Source: Stegostoma tigrinum
Taxonomy: Eukaryota
Length of the DNA stretch: 64,000 nucleotides
Assembly: GCF_030684315.1 (NCBI RefSeq)
Contig: NC_081393.1
Location: forward strand, 14,007,479-14,071,478
Reading direction: 5' to 3'
Under the pieces are notes generated by a model. The model ran no database searches, had not been told where the DNA came from, and worked only from the letters and a program-made list of their open reading frames with translations. Below are positions 60,439-64,000 of the stretch, piece after piece (the first letter of the stretch is position 1; every line of letters begins with the position of its first letter). A program made the position numbers and the translations under genes.

Positions 60439-61744
60439 CTAAGTTGCTGATATCACATGTAGCCTTGCTCTCATAAACAACACGTGAGACTTCTTGATTA
60501 AAAACTTAGTTTGTGTGGCAGGGTTTTCCCTGAATATCTTGATGCTGATCTTTTTTTTAAATTCAATCCCAAAATATTGTTTCACGAAATTTCTTTATGC
60601 TAAAGTTGAGCTGACAGGTCTAATTGCTGGGTTTAACTTAATGCCCTGGCCACAAAAATAGTGCAGTGTTTCTAACTGCCCTGTCTTCCATGGCCAGCGC
60701 AATGTGCGGAAGATGGAAATATAATCCTTATTTCAAATACCCATTCCTTTGTGTTTCAAGTGGTCCTGCGCCTGATAATACGTCTCGTGCAGTGTCAGTG
60801 CCTCTGGCGCTGAATTTCTGTCTTGGGCTAGCTGAGTACGTGTACTTTAGGTCTATTCAGTGCGTTTTCCCTCTAGAAATTCCTTTTATGATCACAACAA
60901 TTAGCCAGTTTATTGGAACAATAGACAAATTGCAAAAAAACTATCTCTACAAAGACCGAAATCAAAATGATAGCGAGTTTGTGTGACCTGTGACCCCCAT
61001 GTGTCACTGAGCTTCTAAACCACATGAGGTAAACTCGCACACTCTGACAAATTATCTTTAATTTCATAGTAGATCATTTCTTCCCTGACTATGCTTAGGA
61101 TCTGTTCTTTGCATTTTAGCTGATTCACCTTGTCCCGATTTTGAGAGTGTTAATTAACATTTGTTAATAAAAGCTGGATTAACGACTAATACCTTGCACT
61201 TCTCGGTTAACTAAAAGACAATGCTTGTGGAAGGATTCGGACCCTTTGCCATCACCCATTTCTCGATGTTGAAACCCAAATTCCACAGTTCCTACCTCAA
61301 TAAATGGAAATATAGATATACAAAGAGGTGGCTCACAATCTTATCGCCCTTTCCGCAGACAGTGTCTGTCATGTTTATTTTTGGTGGCTTTAATGGCGTT
61401 TTCGACTTTCACGAGTCAGTAGCCTGCAATTGCTATACATGTAGTGTCTATGATGTCAGCGTAGGCATTCCAGGCTTTTGCTTGAGCTACGCTGAGTGAA
61501 AGATACTATATTTCGTAGTCTGAACCAGCTGTAGCGTCAAGAGGAACTTGCTGCAATATATATGCTGACCTTTTTGGCGTGCTGTGGTCGCAGCTTTGAT
61601 GAACTGGTGCAGTGCATCATGTGGATGGTGCACATCTATTGTGACTGAGCGCCGCTGGTGGAAGGAGAATGTGTTTGTATGTAGCTTACAATTAAGACAT
61701 TGTTTTTGTCCGACGTGCTGTCAAGGCACGCACGCCATGTGGGG

Positions 61745-61840
61745 CTCTCTGATGAAGGGTCTAGGCCCGAAACGTCAGCTTTTGTGCTCCTGAGATGCTG
61801 CTTGGCCTGCTGTGTTCGTCCAGCCTCACATTTTGTTATC
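61745..61840 (+). mobile_element. Penelope-like mini-insertion with hammerhead-like core
   Basis: Reverse complement of the 35.5-kb copy; flanked by TGGGG direct repeats. Confidence 0.82.
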
Positions 61841-61959
61841 TGGGGAATATACCATCACACTCGCGACATGTGTCAAGCATAGAGCTAGAAGGGTTTGCAT
61901 AAAATTTGTACGCTGGAGTTAAGCTTTGTGTATGTGGCATTTTTAGGCCATGAACAGTG

Positions 61960-62300
61960 TGTGTTGTAGCGCGGGACGAAGTTGAAGTTAATGCTAGGTC
62001 GCGAGAATGCGTGGGTACAGCTGACTGAGCTCTGGCGGTACAGTTGCAGCCTGTGCACGGGCGCGGCGCGAGCCTTCTCACTTTGCATAACGGCCACGGG
62101 TGGGCGTCCCGCTGTTCGCGTGCGTGAGCGGTTGTTTTTTTTCAAAACGCTCGTGCGCCGCCGCCCAACAGTCAGGACTGCACTGACGCGATAATAAAAC
62201 CCAAATCTGCCCACTCCCGAGCAAAATAAATTAAGGTACGGCCATTTAGGTATTTTGTTTTGCTGACTTTGGGGGAAACGCTTCGAAAAAGGTGACATAC
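61960..62300 (+). promoter_or_regulatory. CpG-island-like promoter / first exon of an unidentified downstream gene
   Basis: Dense CpG (GGGCGCGGCGCG, CGCGTGCG, CGCCGCCGCC), candidate donor AAG|gtacgg at ~62235 followed by YY1-like GGCCATTT. Confidence 0.5.
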
Positions 62301-63602
62301 GTTAAGTGGCTTTAGCTGTTCGCAAATACGTGCAACTCTTGTCGAGGCTGGAGTGCTGTTGAAACAGGCATCGCTTTTCGCTTCTGCTCTTGATGATGGA
62401 TGACTTAGTCATTGTTGGCCACGCCTGATATATGTTGCAGTGTGTCACATTTTGAACTGAACTAGTTAATAGCACAGACCACACTCTCCTTACTTCAGCA
62501 GTGAGTGTGTTTCTCACCCCTCGTCAGTAGGTTCGACAAAGGTTGAATATGATTTAATTACTAGTCGGCACTCTTGGCATGAGGAAGGCAGGTAAGCGAT
62601 TGGCACTCACCGCCATACAAACAATATCGAAGTTGGTCGGTGTCTCCTAACTCATTTTGGTGCTCTGGCCATGTTGGACGTTTTAAGATCGCAGCGTTCT
62701 CCTAACGGCCTGGCCAGCATTATCTATCAAATAAAAAATAAACCCAAAATCCGATTAATTGGTCGTTCTTTCTTCTGTTGGATGTTGGGACGGACGTGTA
62801 CATGAAATGACTCATTCGCCCAAAAAGCAGCAAGAACTGCCAGTCACTTTACGAATGTTTAATTGTAATTTTCTCTCAGTTTGAGTAATGCGTGCATTTG
62901 TTATTATTAACCTATTTTAATCACCCCCTCCCAGTGCAGAGGTAGGGACACGACGACTGCACCACAAGGGTCCCCCTGCATTTCTTTCTCAACTAGCGTT
63001 GATCGGTGATGGCTGTAGGACAGTACCAACATGCGTATTCCAAACGTGCGATCAGTGTGAGAAACATTCTGTATAATCCAAATGATTTGGATGAAAGAAG
63101 AATTCTGGGCATGCCCTGCAAAGGAGAGTTGCTGCTGGATAAAAAAGCAGTGCACCGACTCCCTCCTGAACAGCTGTTGAACTGTGGGACGAAGAAAGTG
63201 CAAGACATGGAGCAAAATTGATTTACGCATTTCAACACCATTATTTTAGAACAGGCAGAACACCTCATAACTATTCTCTGCTCCTTCGTTGGGTGTCATT
63301 TTTCATGACGAGGAAATCGTTTTTATGATACAGTTGTATCCACCCTACACTTGCCGTTCTAGCCTAAAATGGTATATATTGCGAAATCTGGGAGAAAAAA
63401 AATTCTCACTGCTCTGTAGGATGGTGGTGTCGCTGGCTAATCCTGCATTTACGGCCCATTCCTAATTGCTGATGGGGTAGCTATAGCCACAGTGCTGTTT
63501 GGCAGTTCTAGGTTTTTGACTCAGTGCAGGAATGGCTATAAAGTTCAAGTCATTGTGTGTATGTGTACAAAATGTACTCTGGGTGGGGGATTTCACTGTC
63601 CA

Positions 63603-64000
63603 CCATTTAGGCCCCATTTAGAAAACTGTGTCCAATTTTGGGCCCCACACCTCAGGAAGGACATACTGGCTCTGGAGCGTGTCCAGCGGAGACTCACACA
63701 GATGATCCGTATATGGTAGGTTTAACATATGATGAACGGCTGAGGATCCTGGCAGATCTAATAGAAACTTACAAGATAATGTATGGCTTAGAAAGGGTGG
63801 ATGCTGGGAAATCATTTCCATTAGGCAGGGAGACTAGAAGCCGTGGGCACAACCTTAGAATTAGAGGGGGTAAATTTAAAACGGAAATGAGAGATTTCTT
63901 CAACCGGAGAGTGGTGGGCCTGTGGAATTCATTGCCACGGAGCGCAGTGGAGGCTGGGACATTAAATGTCTTCAAGGCGGAGATTGATAAATTCTTGATC
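63603..64000 (+). mobile_element. CR1 LINE 3' fragment, runs off the window
   Basis: [33 protein letters not shown]; agagtggtgggcctgtggaattcattgcc. Confidence 0.85.

Noticed and set aside
580-63975. Most 60-190-aa ORFs in the six-frame track
   Set aside because: They fall in introns, UTRs or repeats, often start at non-ATG codons and show no recognisable domains.

Overview
Vertebrate genomic DNA, most likely from a shark (elasmobranch), judged from the HE1-like V-SINEs and CR1/Penelope repeat landscape. It holds three spliced genes, reconstructed by reading splice sites. (1) MTHFD2 on the - strand: exons 1-5 at 15711->3244, with the 3' exons beyond the left edge. (2) A complete hnRNP H/F-family gene on the - strand: 11 coding exons at 36187->22995, 462 aa, HNRNPH3-like but with three qRRMs. 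(3) A complete MOB1A on the + strand: 6 coding exons at 38883->55692, 216 aa, head-to-head with the hnRNP gene across a ~0.7 kb bidirectional promoter. A CpG-rich promoter of an unidentified next gene lies near 62 kb. Introns carry CR1 LINE fragments (one young copy nested in an old antisense copy), tRNA-derived SINEs, a perfect 16x17-bp minisatellite and many short Penelope-like insertions. The two strongest leads are (a) the hnRNP H gene, which may be a fourth whole-genome-duplication paralogue absent from the human MTHFD2-MOB1A interval and which keeps the autoregulatory 139-nt NMD exon, and (b) TSD-flanked mini-insertions carrying minimal hammerhead-ribozyme cores, including a tandem pair in sense orientation in MTHFD2 intron 2. 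Most six-frame ORFs are spurious. Comparisons with human genes are from memory, not from a database search.
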